From positions 472,368-536,367 of the forward strand of contig JAQUSJ010000001.1 of NCBI GenBank assembly GCA_028715175.1: a stretch of 64,000 bases of DNA, in the 5' to 3' direction. This document shows positions 18,629 through 28,063 of this stretch, one piece after another. Each line of letters opens with the position of its first letter. Within the stretch, counting starts at the first letter, position 1. Source of the DNA: Candidatus Daviesbacteria bacterium (GTDB lineage: Bacteria > Patescibacteriota > Microgenomatia > Daviesbacterales > UBA10151). Position numbers and translations under genes: made by a program. The notes below the pieces were generated by a model. It did no database searches. It had not been told where the DNA came from and saw only the letters and a list, made by a program, of their open reading frames with translations.

Positions 18629-18764
18629 CTATAGAGAGATTACAAGAGAAAGTGTCAGGGCGAGTATAACACTTTAAGCGTTTAGCCTACAACCTAAAAG
18701 TCTTCCTCTATTTTCTGCTATATTTATTTTTAAATTTAATCTATACTGGTGACAATGTTATTTC

Positions 18765-18780
18765 TGTAATCTAGATCACA
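18765..18780. promoter_or_regulatory. CRP-consensus-like site TGTAATCTAGATCACA (TGTGA-N6-TCACA, 1 mismatch)
   Basis: Lies in the divergent crp/dedA intergenic region, about 140 bp upstream of the crp start. Confidence 0.5.
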
Positions 18781-18784
18781 AATT

Positions 18785-19393
18785 ATGCTGGAAATTGTGG
18801 CAGGGTGGATCATTGATGTTATCTCAACTCTCGGATATCCGGGCATTGTTATTACCATGGCTATTGAATCAGCTTTGATTCCGTTGCCTTCAGAAATTAT
18901 CATGCCATTTTCTGGCTATCTGGTATCTACAGGCAGGTTTGATCTTAACCTGGTGGCTTTGGCAGGAGCTTTCGGCAATGTTTTAGGGTCGTTAATTGCT
19001 TATGCTATCGGTTTTTATGGACATGAAAAATTAGTCAGAAGATTTATCAGAAAATTCGGCAAATGGATTTTAATTAGCGAAAAAGAGTTGGATGAAACCG
19101 AAGTTTTGCTTCATAGATTTAAGGATTTGGTAGTTTTGGGAAGCAGGGTGATACCGGGGATTAGGACAGTTATTTCCCTGCCTTGCGGGTTTGCAAAGCT
19201 GCCTTTGGGGAGGTTTATAGCATTAACTTTTATCGGGTCGCTTGTCTGGTCATATTTCCTGGCCTGGATTGGGTTTGTTTTAGGGCAAAACTGGAGAACA
19301 ATTGGCCCATATTTCCACAAAGCAGATGTAGTGATAGTGGTACTAATTATTGGAGTAGTTACCTTTTACATTTATCACAAAGTTAAAAAATAA
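18785..19393 (+). CDS. DedA/SNARE-associated (TVP38) family membrane protein
   Basis: 202 aa; GYPGIV...IES..IPLPSE..MPFSGYL DedA signature; multiple TM segments. Confidence 0.85.
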   Translation: MLEIVAGWIIDVISTLGYPGIVITMAIESALIPLPSEIIMPFSGYLVSTGRFDLNLVALAGAFGNVLGSLIAYAIGFYGHEKLVRRFIRKFGKWILISEKELDETEVLLHRFKDLVVLGSRVIPGIRTVISLPCGFAKLPLGRFIALTFIGSLVWSYFLAWIGFVLGQNWRTIGPYFHKADVVIVVLIIGVVTFYIYHKVKK

Positions 19394-19421
19394 ATTCTCA
19401 AAGGTTTCTCAATCAGGGTAA

Positions 19422-20786
19422 TCAGGGGATTTCTTGATCTGAATCCCTCCTCTCTCGATTCTCCCTCTCTCGCAGTTCAAGTAACTCCTGCATCGCTTTA
19501 CGATTACTCTCTCGCATTCGATTTCTCCACGACGTCTTATTATGTGCAGTTTTTGTATTTTGTTTTGTACCCTCTCTATGGGCTTTGTAAAATGGATAGT
19601 CATTTTTTATATCTCCATCTCCTGCAGTTTTTGTTCCTGGTGCTTGCAAACTACTTAAGACATTGGCCAAAAAATCCGGATTACTAAAGGCATTATGAAG
19701 ATTAACTAAATCTGTGCTGCGTTGATGCTTTCCGTGACCTAAATATGGCCATGCATCAACCTCTTCCATATATCCTGTATGGAATTTAGTTACCTCTACC
19801 ACCACAGCTATTCTTGGTTTACTATCACCGGTTGTTTGCCTAACTGCTATTGTTAGATATAAATTATCTTTTGTCTCTTCTGGCGTAAAACATTTTCCCA
19901 ATCTCATGCTTTCGCTTTTTTGATCGCATTGCCTCGCAAATTCAGCAAGATCAAATCCTGCAAATTTTAACTCAATTTCCCCATTCTGCAATAATCTAAT
20001 ATCAACCGGAATCCAAGTTCCTTCGAGAGGGAAAACTGCTCTTCTAGTCTCCTCACCTGCCGCCATTTCATTGCGTACAGGGCGTACAGGATAAGTTTGA
20101 ATCCTATCCCGCAATTCATCAAGAACTGCTTGGGGAGTATCCACAGTCGTTTTTGGAGTTTCTTGAGTGTTTGTTTCCTTCATCAGGTCTGCTGGGTTGA
20201 CTAGTCTGCCATTACTGACTACCTCTCTCCATCTGGCCGGCAGACTGAGTGGTCCAATGTATAAGCACTTATTTTTTGGATCATCAACCATCAGTAGTAC
20301 ATCATTTGATCCTAGACGTATTGCATCTATAGGCGGTGAGTTACTAGTTCTAATGCTAATTCCTGGTGGATTTCTTAATTCTGACTCAGATATTCCAGGC
20401 AACAGAAATAGTTTATTGGAATCTTCTACTTCTTCTGGAATAGGTAAAATAACAGAACTATTCCAATTAGGCAATACTTGCCTTATATTTAAAAAAAGAC
20501 TTTTATTGGTATCCCAAACAGAGTGATATCTAACTTTGGCTATTACTAAGCCACTAACAGATTCTGGGCAATCAGTAACAATTATTACTGGTAAACCCCC
20601 TAATCCTTCCATTTTCTGTAAAGCTGGAGTTGTCTCAGTACCTTGTTCCATAACGACTGTGGGAAAAAGAATCTGTTTAGGATCGATGTTCTTCACAAAA
20701 GGCCTACCTCGGAGTACTGCAGCTTCTCCTCGTATTCTCCTTGTAACTATATCAAGCAGACTAGCGTTTGATGATGTTTCTACCAT
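19422..20786 (-). CDS. hypothetical protein (454 aa, lysine-poor, Arg/Glu-rich C-terminal tail)
   Basis: Long ORF with non-native composition; no motif recognised; sits between the dedA 3' end and its diverged duplicate. Confidence 0.5.
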   Translation of the reverse strand: MVETSSNASLLDIVTRRIRGEAAVLRGRPFVKNIDPKQILFPTVVMEQGTETTPALQKMEGLGGLPVIIVTDCPESVSGLVIAKVRYHSVWDTNKSLFLNIRQVLPNWNSSVILPIPEEVEDSNKLFLLPGISESELRNPPGISIRTSNSPPIDAIRLGSNDVLLMVDDPKNKCLYIGPLSLPARWREVVSNGRLVNPADLMKETNTQETPKTTVDTPQAVLDELRDRIQTYPVRPVRNEMAAGEETRRAVFPLEGTWIPVDIRLLQNGEIELKFAGFDLAEFARQCDQKSESMRLGKCFTPEETKDNLYLTIAVRQTTGDSKPRIAVVVEVTKFHTGYMEEVDAWPYLGHGKHQRSTDLVNLHNAFSNPDFLANVLSSLQAPGTKTAGDGDIKNDYPFYKAHREGTKQNTKTAHNKTSWRNRMRESNRKAMQELLELRERENRERRDSDQEIP

Positions 20787-20832
20787 AATAATTTAAGATA
20801 AGATCGGATGATATCTTATAAGGTGAATTTAG

Positions 20833-20918
20833 TCAACATTTCTACAAAGCAGATGCAGCAATAGTGATTTTAATAATCGGAGCAATCATTTTCTATATCT
20901 ACCACAAGATTAAAAACT
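20833..20918 (+). repeat. diverged duplicate of the dedA 3' end (encodes FYKADAAIVILIIGAIIFYIYHKIKN*)
   Basis: About 73 percent nt identity to 19310-19393 (FHKADVVIVVLIIGVVTFYIYHKVKK*); same orientation. Confidence 0.7.
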
Positions 20919-20976
20919 AGGGATAATCCACAGTTTCTACCATCAGTTTCTGTCACTACGTTCAGGATGACAGTCT

Positions 20977-21594
20977 TTAGTTAAATCTTCTAATCACTGC
21001 AGAGCATTTACCTTGGATTTTAACATCTGTTGCATAAATAGGAGCCATAGAAGAATTGGCCGGTTCCAAACGGATCCGGTCAGCTTCCTTAAAGAATCTT
21101 TTTAAAGTGGCCAGGCCATTATCTAACAGGGCTACCACAATATCCCCGTCTGTGGCTGTTGCTTGTTCTTCAATAATAACGTAATCCCCGTCCAAAATCC
21201 CATCTTCGATCATCGAATCACCTTTGACTTGCAAAACATACGAACGTTTTTTGCCTGAAACCATATTGGGAGCAACTTTAATAGTGGCATCGGGATCAGT
21301 ATAGGTCATAATAGGTTGACCCGCGGCAATAAATCCCAAAACCGGAAGTTCAATTCCTTTTAGAGCGGAAGAAATTTGCTGGTCCAAAACCTCAATTCCT
21401 CTGACAGCCCCTTCAAATTTTTTAATGACGCCTTTTAGAACCAGAGCTTGGAGGTGTTCGTGTATTGTAGCCAGGGAAGAAACGCCGATCGCCTCGGCAA
21501 TCTCACCCAAAGTCGGTGAATAACCGTATTTGTCTATATATTGTTTTATGAAATCTAAAATTTGCTTTTGTCGGCGGTATAAAGTTATCGGCAT
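20977..21594 (-). CDS. lexA: LexA repressor
   Basis: 205 aa; N-terminal wHTH; S24 peptidase domain with catalytic S in GDSM and K in TLKRF; AG cleavage site in FIAAGQP. Confidence 0.9.
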   Translation of the reverse strand: MPITLYRRQKQILDFIKQYIDKYGYSPTLGEIAEAIGVSSLATIHEHLQALVLKGVIKKFEGAVRGIEVLDQQISSALKGIELPVLGFIAAGQPIMTYTDPDATIKVAPNMVSGKKRSYVLQVKGDSMIEDGILDGDYVIIEEQATATDGDIVVALLDNGLATLKRFFKEADRIRLEPANSSMAPIYATDVKIQGKCSAVIRRFN

Positions 21595-21638
21595 AGTATT
21601 TCTACATTACCAAAGATTACCCGAACTTGTCAACTAGG

Positions 21639-21657
21639 TTAAACTGTATCAGTTTAA
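21639..21657. promoter_or_regulatory. 19-bp perfect palindrome TTAAACTGTATCAGTTTAA between divergent lexA and the ECF sigma gene; candidate operator
   Basis: ttaaactg-tat-cagtttaa; the only strong palindrome in this 89-bp intergenic region. Confidence 0.35.
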
Positions 21658-21791
21658 GGTATTGAAATTTAAAGACTCATAGTTTGTATTTAGAGCTTAT
21701 TTTTGGTATGATCGCATTGCTAACTTTTCTAATGAAGGTTCATAAGCCTCAAAGTAGTCAAGAGAAAAATGACTATTCTTCGAAAGAAGAA

Positions 21792-22310
21792 ATGAGCCAC
21801 TTGGTTGCTTTAGCAAAAGCTGGAGATGTACAGGCTTTTGGCAAAGTTTATGACCGGTTAGTAAAAAGGGTCTATCGTTTTGTTCAGTTTAGGGTAGGCA
21901 TAAGGGAAGAGGTAGAGGATTTAACCGAAGAGATTTTTTTAAAAGCCTATGAGAAACTTGAAAGTTTTGATGAAAGCAAGCATGTTCCTTTTGAAGCTTG
22001 GCTCTTCAGAATTGCCAGGAATCATATAATCGATTACTATCGGACTGAAAAAAAGAGATTAATGATTGATCAGCGGGAAATCGCAGATGATTGTATTTCT
22101 ACCGAGGAGGCACTAGAAAAACAACTTTTGTTAAAGGATGTGATGGAAGCCTTAAAGAAACTACCTTTAAGCTATCAGGAAATTGTGATTTTGAAATTTA
22201 TAGAGGATCGGGACAATAAAGATATTGCCCATATTTTAAATAAACGTTGTGATCAGGTAAGAGTCTTGCAAAGCAGGGCCCTTAAAGCCTTAAAAAAGAT
22301 ATTAAAATGA
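21792..22310 (+). CDS. ECF-type RNA polymerase sigma factor (sigma-70 regions 2 and 4)
   Basis: Start set at ATG 21792 (MSHLVALAKAGDVQAF...) giving a typical 172-aa ECF sigma; the ORF track starts at 21684; region 2 FLKAYEKL...ARNHIIDYYR and region 4 HTH present. Confidence 0.8.
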   Translation: MSHLVALAKAGDVQAFGKVYDRLVKRVYRFVQFRVGIREEVEDLTEEIFLKAYEKLESFDESKHVPFEAWLFRIARNHIIDYYRTEKKRLMIDQREIADDCISTEEALEKQLLLKDVMEALKKLPLSYQEIVILKFIEDRDNKDIAHILNKRCDQVRVLQSRALKALKKILK

Positions 22311-23071
22311 AAAGAAAAATAACTAATAAAAATTTAATAGTTTTGCTGGGTTTACTGCGCCGTTTTAATAAAGATCCGGAACCACGTTTCTGCCGGCAGG
22401 CGAGAGAAAGATTGTTGGAGAAGATCTCTCCGCGTAAAAGGTTTTGGCTTTTGCCATCCATAAACTCTCATCCTTTAATATGGAGGCGGTTAACTGCTGC
22501 ATCTTTTAAATATGGTTTGAGTATATTTTTATGTTTTGTGTTGCTGGGAGCAAGCACAGCTTTAGCTGCCCAATCCAGCTTACCCGCTTCACCGCTTTAT
22601 CCTATTAAAAAAGCTACAGAACAGGTTTTTTTAACTGTTAGTAAAGTGTTTTCACAACAAACCCAAATAGAGCAAAAAATTACTAATGAGCGTTTTAAAG
22701 AAGTTCAGAAATTAGAAGAACTGATAGAAGAGACTGCTAAGGAATATCACAACAATGTAGAAAAGTTTGAGAGAATAGATCCACAGTTTAAGAAAGAAGC
22801 CCGTGAGCAGGTTGTCCGACAAAAGGCAATTTTGGAAAAGAATAGCGCTAAAAAAGAAGAGCAAAATGAAACTAAACTGAATAACCAGGATAATATTTTA
22901 AACAACGCAACGGAGGTTCAACCAGTCAAAGAAGAAAGAGTAGTAACTAAGGAAAAAGAAGCACCTGTCTCGAATGATACTAAACAACAAAAAAATAGTG
23001 AAGAAAAGAAACAGGATAATCCTCAGCCGCAAAAGAATGAAGATAAATCTTCTAAAGATCATAAAAAATAA
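22307..23071 (+). CDS. putative anti-sigma factor (single TM, DUF5667-like extracytoplasmic domain, K/E-rich tail)
   Basis: Overlaps the sigma gene stop by 4 nt; N-terminal cytoplasmic segment, one TM (LSIFLCFVLLGASTALAA), coiled-coil ectodomain. Confidence 0.5.
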   Translation: MKRKITNKNLIVLLGLLRRFNKDPEPRFCRQARERLLEKISPRKRFWLLPSINSHPLIWRRLTAASFKYGLSIFLCFVLLGASTALAAQSSLPASPLYPIKKATEQVFLTVSKVFSQQTQIEQKITNERFKEVQKLEELIEETAKEYHNNVEKFERIDPQFKKEAREQVVRQKAILEKNSAKKEEQNETKLNNQDNILNNATEVQPVKEERVVTKEKEAPVSNDTKQQKNSEEKKQDNPQPQKNEDKSSKDHKK

Positions 23072-23140
23072 GCCTCTTTTTTAAAAAAGTGTAACGTTTT
23101 TTAACTTTCATCGTATTAACAAGAAAGACTGACTATTCTT

Positions 23141-26100
23141 GTGATTAAAAAGTTAAAAAGCGCAAGCCAAGCTTTATTTAAAACTATTTGTTTTTTTACA
23201 ACACTTCTTATTATCTTTCAACCTGCGATGGTTTACCCTCTTTTGGCTCAGGAAGCTACTTTATCTGCAGAGTCTGTGGTTTCTGAAACTCCTAATCCTA
23301 CGCCTGCCCCTACTGATCAGCCGGCAGAAACTCCAACTCCGCAGCCAAGTGAGCCGACAATCACCCCTGAACCATCTCCTTCCGTTACCCCGATACTGGA
23401 ACCAATACCTTCCCCGACTGTTGAACCAACTATAACTTCGGAGGCTTCACCTGTGCTGACTCCCTCACCAAGTCCTTCGATTGAATCTTTACCAACCGAT
23501 CAAGTTGAAAGTAGTAGTACATCTGAACCAACTGTAGGACAACCCAACGCTCCGCCTGAAATTCCGGTTCCTTCTGATGCTCCAACACCCAGCCCCAGTC
23601 CAACCATAACTCCAGTTCCAAACATTCAGGGGCACCTGGCAGCAACAATTGTAGAAAGTTCCGCGCTAAATTCTCTAAACCTAGATCTTAACCCGGCAAA
23701 TACCAATACCAGTGCCAGTTTAACAACCGACAAGCCTGATTATGCCCCTACCGAGATGGTAATTATTTCCGGGACTGATTTTTTGCCGAACACAACTTAT
23801 ACGCTAAGGATTGCTTCTTCAGATCCGCCTCCGGTTGACTTCCAGGCTGAAGTTACCACTAATGATAAAGGTACATTTATATATAGTTATCAATTAGATG
23901 GTAATTACAGGCCAAATTATTTAGTAGAAGCCAAAGATTCCAGTGGAAATATTGTTGCAACAGTCACATTTACTGACTCTCCGGCGCCAAGCAACACAAA
24001 ATTATATCAATGGGAAACCATACCATCAGGAAATTGGATAACAGGTGCTCTAAATTCAAGTAATTCAAATTATTTAGAAGGTGAAACCGTTCCTTTTGAG
24101 CTAGACCTAGGAAAAATTTCAACATCAGGAAATCCCTATACTTTTTCTATCTGTAGAGATTATCAGAGCGGATCGCACTTTGGATATATCTCTTTGCAAC
24201 TGTTCAATACTAGCAGAGCTGCTGTTCCAGATGGTGCAATATCTACTACAAATAACCCGTTTAGCGGATCAAATATCTCAAGTATTAATTTTACAGAGGT
24301 TGGCGGGCAAGGCGCTTGTAGTTCTGGACAAAGAGAAACACAGCTATCGATTAATGTTACAAGCGAAAGCGTAAACACATACCTTTTATGGGGAGGAAGA
24401 TTAGCATCCCCATCAGACTTGGGTGTTGGAGCAGGTAACGGTTCTTCTTCCTATCCAGGCGGAAGTCTTCATATGCATTTATTATCCCCGAACAAAGATG
24501 TTGGAATACAAACAAATGCAATCATACAACTTGCCCAAATAACTGTTACAAAAGTAGTTGATAGCGGTTCTGCAAATACTAACCAATGGTGTTTTAACAT
24601 TTCTCCTGATCCAAACGGACAATCGGGCACTATATGTGGGCCTTCCGGTATTTTTACAGGATTACCAACAGGCAGTTATACCATTACCGAGAGTTCTGTA
24701 AGTGGATATTCATTTGCTTCAGGGATAGGAACGAATTGTACTTTTTCCGGTTCTACTGCCACTGCTAGTGTTACTGCTGCCACAACTGCTGTGAATGCCT
24801 CATGTACTTTTCATAACACCTTAAGTCAAGGAACGTTAAGAGTTATTAAGTCTGTCACTAATAATAGTGGAGGTACAGCTGTTCCTGGTAATTTCAACCT
24901 TCATGTTAAAAGTGGGGGTGTTGATGTTTCCGGCAGTCCTGCGGCAGGGTCAGTAACCGGTACAGTTTATACTTTGCCTGTTGGTACTTATGCGGTTAGT
25001 GAAGACGCGCCGCCTGCCGGTTATACTCAAACAGGCTTTAGCGGTGATTGTGATAGTCAAGGTTCGATAACGGTTGTTGCAGGTGTTGAAAAAACCTGCA
25101 CAATTACTAATGATGATCAGCAGGGAACATTAATTGTCAAAAAAATAATAGTTAACGATAATGGTGGAGTTAAAACTGCTTCGGACTTTTCTTTCTCAGT
25201 TAATAGTGCAACCGCTGTCAACTTTGAAGCCGATGGTCAGAATGATTTGACTGTAAATGCCGGAACTTACAACATAGTTGAACCAGCTGTTTCCGGCTAC
25301 GATACAACCTACGATAATTGCTCAAATGTCCAAATCCCTAATGGTGGTTCTGCCACTTGTACGATCACTAATAATGACAAAGTCGCGCATTTGGTAGTTA
25401 TTAAGCATGTTGTTAATAATAACGGTGGGACTGCTTCAGCTTCCGCATTCACGATGACAATTAATAATGTAGTTACATCAGGTGGTAATTCATTTGCCGG
25501 CAATGAGGGTGGAGTTAATAAGACTTTGACCAGCGTAGGTTTCTACAGCGTGATTGAAACAGGTCTTTCCGGTTATGCGCAGTCCGATTCCGCAGATTGT
25601 TCTGGTACTATTGCTTTGGGTGAAACTAAGACTTGCACAATCACCAATGATGATATTGCTCCCTCCTTGACCTTGAACAAAATCACTAACTACACCCACG
25701 GTGGCACGGCTCCTGAGTCTTCTTGGACTTTAACTGCTAGCGGTCCAACATCAATTTCAGGTCCTGGTGCAGCAGGTTCCGCCGACGTAGTTAGCGACGG
25801 AACTTTCTCTGCCGGTACTTATACCTTATCTGAAAGTACAGCCCCAACCGGCTACACCAACGGTACCTCATACAGTTGTGTGAAGAATGAAAGCGCACCG
25901 GTCTCTGGTAACAGCATAATACTCGCTATCGGTGACACCGCGGTTTGCTCCATCACCAACACTGACGTGCAGGCGAAATTGACTGTTACAAAGATCGTTA
26001 ACAATCACGGCGGCAGCAAAGTAATCTCTGATTTTCCGCTCTTTGTCGGGGCGACCGGTGTGACAAGTGGTGTGCAAAATGGATTCGATGCTGGTTCGTA

Positions 26101-28063
26101 TACCGTTTCTGAAACCGGCGACTCGAACTATACAGAAACGATCACAGGAGACTGTGCAGCAAATGGCAATGTGATGCTCGCCGTCGGCGATGTGAAATCC
26201 TGCACCATTACAAATGAAGAGAAGCCGGCCAAGTTGGTCGTAACCAAAGTTGTTGTAAATGATAATGGTGGTACTGCATCCGAGTCTGCCTTTCCGCTTT
26301 TTGTTGATCAGACCGGCGTAACTTCCGGTGCGATGAATACATTTAATTCCGGTTCGTATATTGTCTCTGAGACTAATCAGCCTGGTTACTCTGGTACGGT
26401 TAGTGGGGACTGCGATGCAAACGGGAATGTGATCCTGGTTCCAGGACAAACAAAATCTTGTACAATTACAAATGATGACCAGCCTGGAAGAATTAGCGGA
26501 AAGAAATTTAACGATATAGATGGTGATCATTTGTATACTGATGGTACGACAGATCCAAATTTATCAGGTTGGACTATCACACTAGATAAGCAGAACGACA
26601 TTAATCCCCCTGTTTGTACGAGTGGAACCATAGTTGGTGAACTTTGTGTCGAAATGACTAATTCTTTCGGTAATTATGCTTTTTATGGTCTTGAACCCGG
26701 GACTTATATTGTCAGCGAAGTTTTGCAAAATGGATGGTTCCAGACTAGACCTGAGGCTAATGGAACATATATTCTAACAATTGGATTGGGTGATGATATA
26801 GATGGCCGTGATTTTGGTAATCAAGGTAGAGGAACAATTAAAATTAATAAGATAGTTAATCCAGCTGATGATTCTCAGTGGGATTTTAGGGTAACAGGAA
26901 GTGTGGGAGGATATGATCAAAGCAGGACTTTAGGAAATGGAGGGACCAGTACTTTAACAAATGTTCCTGCTGCTAATTACACCATAACTGAGGTTACCAG
27001 TTCCGCTTACACTACTACGATTGATTGTGGAAGCAACGGCAGTGTTACAAATAATGCAATAGATTTCACTGTTGATCCTGGTGAGAATGTTGAGTGTACT
27101 TTTACCAACACCAGAAATACTGGCGTAATTATAGTTCATAAAGCTGTTGATCAAGGAAATGGTTACCAGGAAGATGATGTTGAAGCAAATAGGCTAGGTT
27201 TTAGATGGATTCTTGATGGAGGCAGTGAATATGAAATGGGTGCAAGCGCCAGTGCTGCCACATCTGATAATCATGATATTAATGAAAATTCTATCCCGGG
27301 TTATCAATTCACCGGCTGGTATGAGACCGGGAACGAACAATTCAGTTGTGCTGAACCCGAATCAACCAGTTTGCCGGTTTCTCTGACAGTGACAAAGAAT
27401 CAGACCAGGGGCATAACTTTGTGCAACCAGCTGAAAAATCCAGTTTTGACCATTACTAAATCCAATGATAAAACCGGAGTTGATTTAACAGCCGGCAGCA
27501 GTGTTTTATATACCATTACTGTTGAAGCCACGCAGGCTGCTGCTTCAAATGTGGTAGTTAAAGATTTATTGCCTGATGGGTTTAAATACAGGGGTGGTTC
27601 CTGGGCTGTAAATTCCAGTACCAGAGGGAATATCACCAGTTTAATTATTGAGCCAGTTTATGCCTCTCCGGGCACCTGGAGTTTGGGTGACATGGCTAAA
27701 GACGAAAAAATAACTCTTACTTTGACAGCAGATATTGATGGTTCCAAGCAGCCCGGTCTTTATAAAGATTTGGCTTGGGCCAAGGGAGAATCCTTTGCCT
27801 CAACTCAAGTTTTGGCTAATGCGGAGGATCCCGGCTTTGTGGATAGTAACTTTGTGGGTACAGAGGTTAATATTGTTAAAAACCCGGACGGAACAGCTGC
27901 CAATATTGAAAATGAAGAATTAAGGGGTGAGGTGTTGGGCGCCTCAATAGCCTTGCCGTCAACCGGAGCCAATGCTTTATGGATAATTCTGGCTATTCTG
28001 CTTTTGGTAGGCGGTAGCGGATCTATTGTCCTGGGGCGAACTTTAAGGAGGGAAAATGGTTAA
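23141..28063 (+). CDS. giant LPXTG-anchored cell-surface protein (1640 aa) with a Pro/Thr/Ser-rich stalk and many ~100-aa repeat domains
   Basis: Signal peptide; PTPAPT/PSPS linker; repeated GTL.V.K.V.N..GGTA....F motif (SdrD-B/DUF11-like); C-terminal LPSTGA + hydrophobic segment + RTLRREN sortase sorting signal. Confidence 0.85.
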   Translation: MIKKLKSASQALFKTICFFTTLLIIFQPAMVYPLLAQEATLSAESVVSETPNPTPAPTDQPAETPTPQPSEPTITPEPSPSVTPILEPIPSPTVEPTITSEASPVLTPSPSPSIESLPTDQVESSSTSEPTVGQPNAPPEIPVPSDAPTPSPSPTITPVPNIQGHLAATIVESSALNSLNLDLNPANTNTSASLTTDKPDYAPTEMVIISGTDFLPNTTYTLRIASSDPPPVDFQAEVTTNDKGTFIYSYQLDGNYRPNYLVEAKDSSGNIVATVTFTDSPAPSNTKLYQWETIPSGNWITGALNSSNSNYLEGETVPFELDLGKISTSGNPYTFSICRDYQSGSHFGYISLQLFNTSRAAVPDGAISTTNNPFSGSNISSINFTEVGGQGACSSGQRETQLSINVTSESVNTYLLWGGRLASPSDLGVGAGNGSSSYPGGSLHMHLLSPNKDVGIQTNAIIQLAQITVTKVVDSGSANTNQWCFNISPDPNGQSGTICGPSGIFTGLPTGSYTITESSVSGYSFASGIGTNCTFSGSTATASVTAATTAVNASCTFHNTLSQGTLRVIKSVTNNSGGTAVPGNFNLHVKSGGVDVSGSPAAGSVTGTVYTLPVGTYAVSEDAPPAGYTQTGFSGDCDSQGSITVVAGVEKTCTITNDDQQGTLIVKKIIVNDNGGVKTASDFSFSVNSATAVNFEADGQNDLTVNAGTYNIVEPAVSGYDTTYDNCSNVQIPNGGSATCTITNNDKVAHLVVIKHVVNNNGGTASASAFTMTINNVVTSGGNSFAGNEGGVNKTLTSVGFYSVIETGLSGYAQSDSADCSGTIALGETKTCTITNDDIAPSLTLNKITNYTHGGTAPESSWTLTASGPTSISGPGAAGSADVVSDGTFSAGTYTLSESTAPTGYTNGTSYSCVKNESAPVSGNSIILAIGDTAVCSITNTDVQAKLTVTKIVNNHGGSKVISDFPLFVGATGVTSGVQNGFDAGSYTVSETGDSNYTETITGDCAANGNVMLAVGDVKSCTITNEEKPAKLVVTKVVVNDNGGTASESAFPLFVDQTGVTSGAMNTFNSGSYIVSETNQPGYSGTVSGDCDANGNVILVPGQTKSCTITNDDQPGRISGKKFNDIDGDHLYTDGTTDPNLSGWTITLDKQNDINPPVCTSGTIVGELCVEMTNSFGNYAFYGLEPGTYIVSEVLQNGWFQTRPEANGTYILTIGLGDDIDGRDFGNQGRGTIKINKIVNPADDSQWDFRVTGSVGGYDQSRTLGNGGTSTLTNVPAANYTITEVTSSAYTTTIDCGSNGSVTNNAIDFTVDPGENVECTFTNTRNTGVIIVHKAVDQGNGYQEDDVEANRLGFRWILDGGSEYEMGASASAATSDNHDINENSIPGYQFTGWYETGNEQFSCAEPESTSLPVSLTVTKNQTRGITLCNQLKNPVLTITKSNDKTGVDLTAGSSVLYTITVEATQAAASNVVVKDLLPDGFKYRGGSWAVNSSTRGNITSLIIEPVYASPGTWSLGDMAKDEKITLTLTADIDGSKQPGLYKDLAWAKGESFASTQVLANAEDPGFVDSNFVGTEVNIVKNPDGTAANIENEELRGEVLGASIALPSTGANALWIILAILLLVGGSGSIVLGRTLRRENG

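Noticed and set aside
23072-23140. Palindrome cttttttaaaaaag right after the anti-sigma stop, a possible terminator
   Set aside because: Pure A/T symmetry without a GC stem. Not a credible intrinsic terminator, and the surface-protein gene starts 60 nt later, probably co-transcribed.
25868-26530. A 220-aa minus-strand ORF inside the LPXTG surface-protein gene, plus other antisense ORFs at 25309-25699, 26954-27154 and 27400-27636
   Set aside because: Antisense to a gene with a clear signal peptide, repeat architecture and sorting signal. The composition mirrors the coding strand. Spurious.
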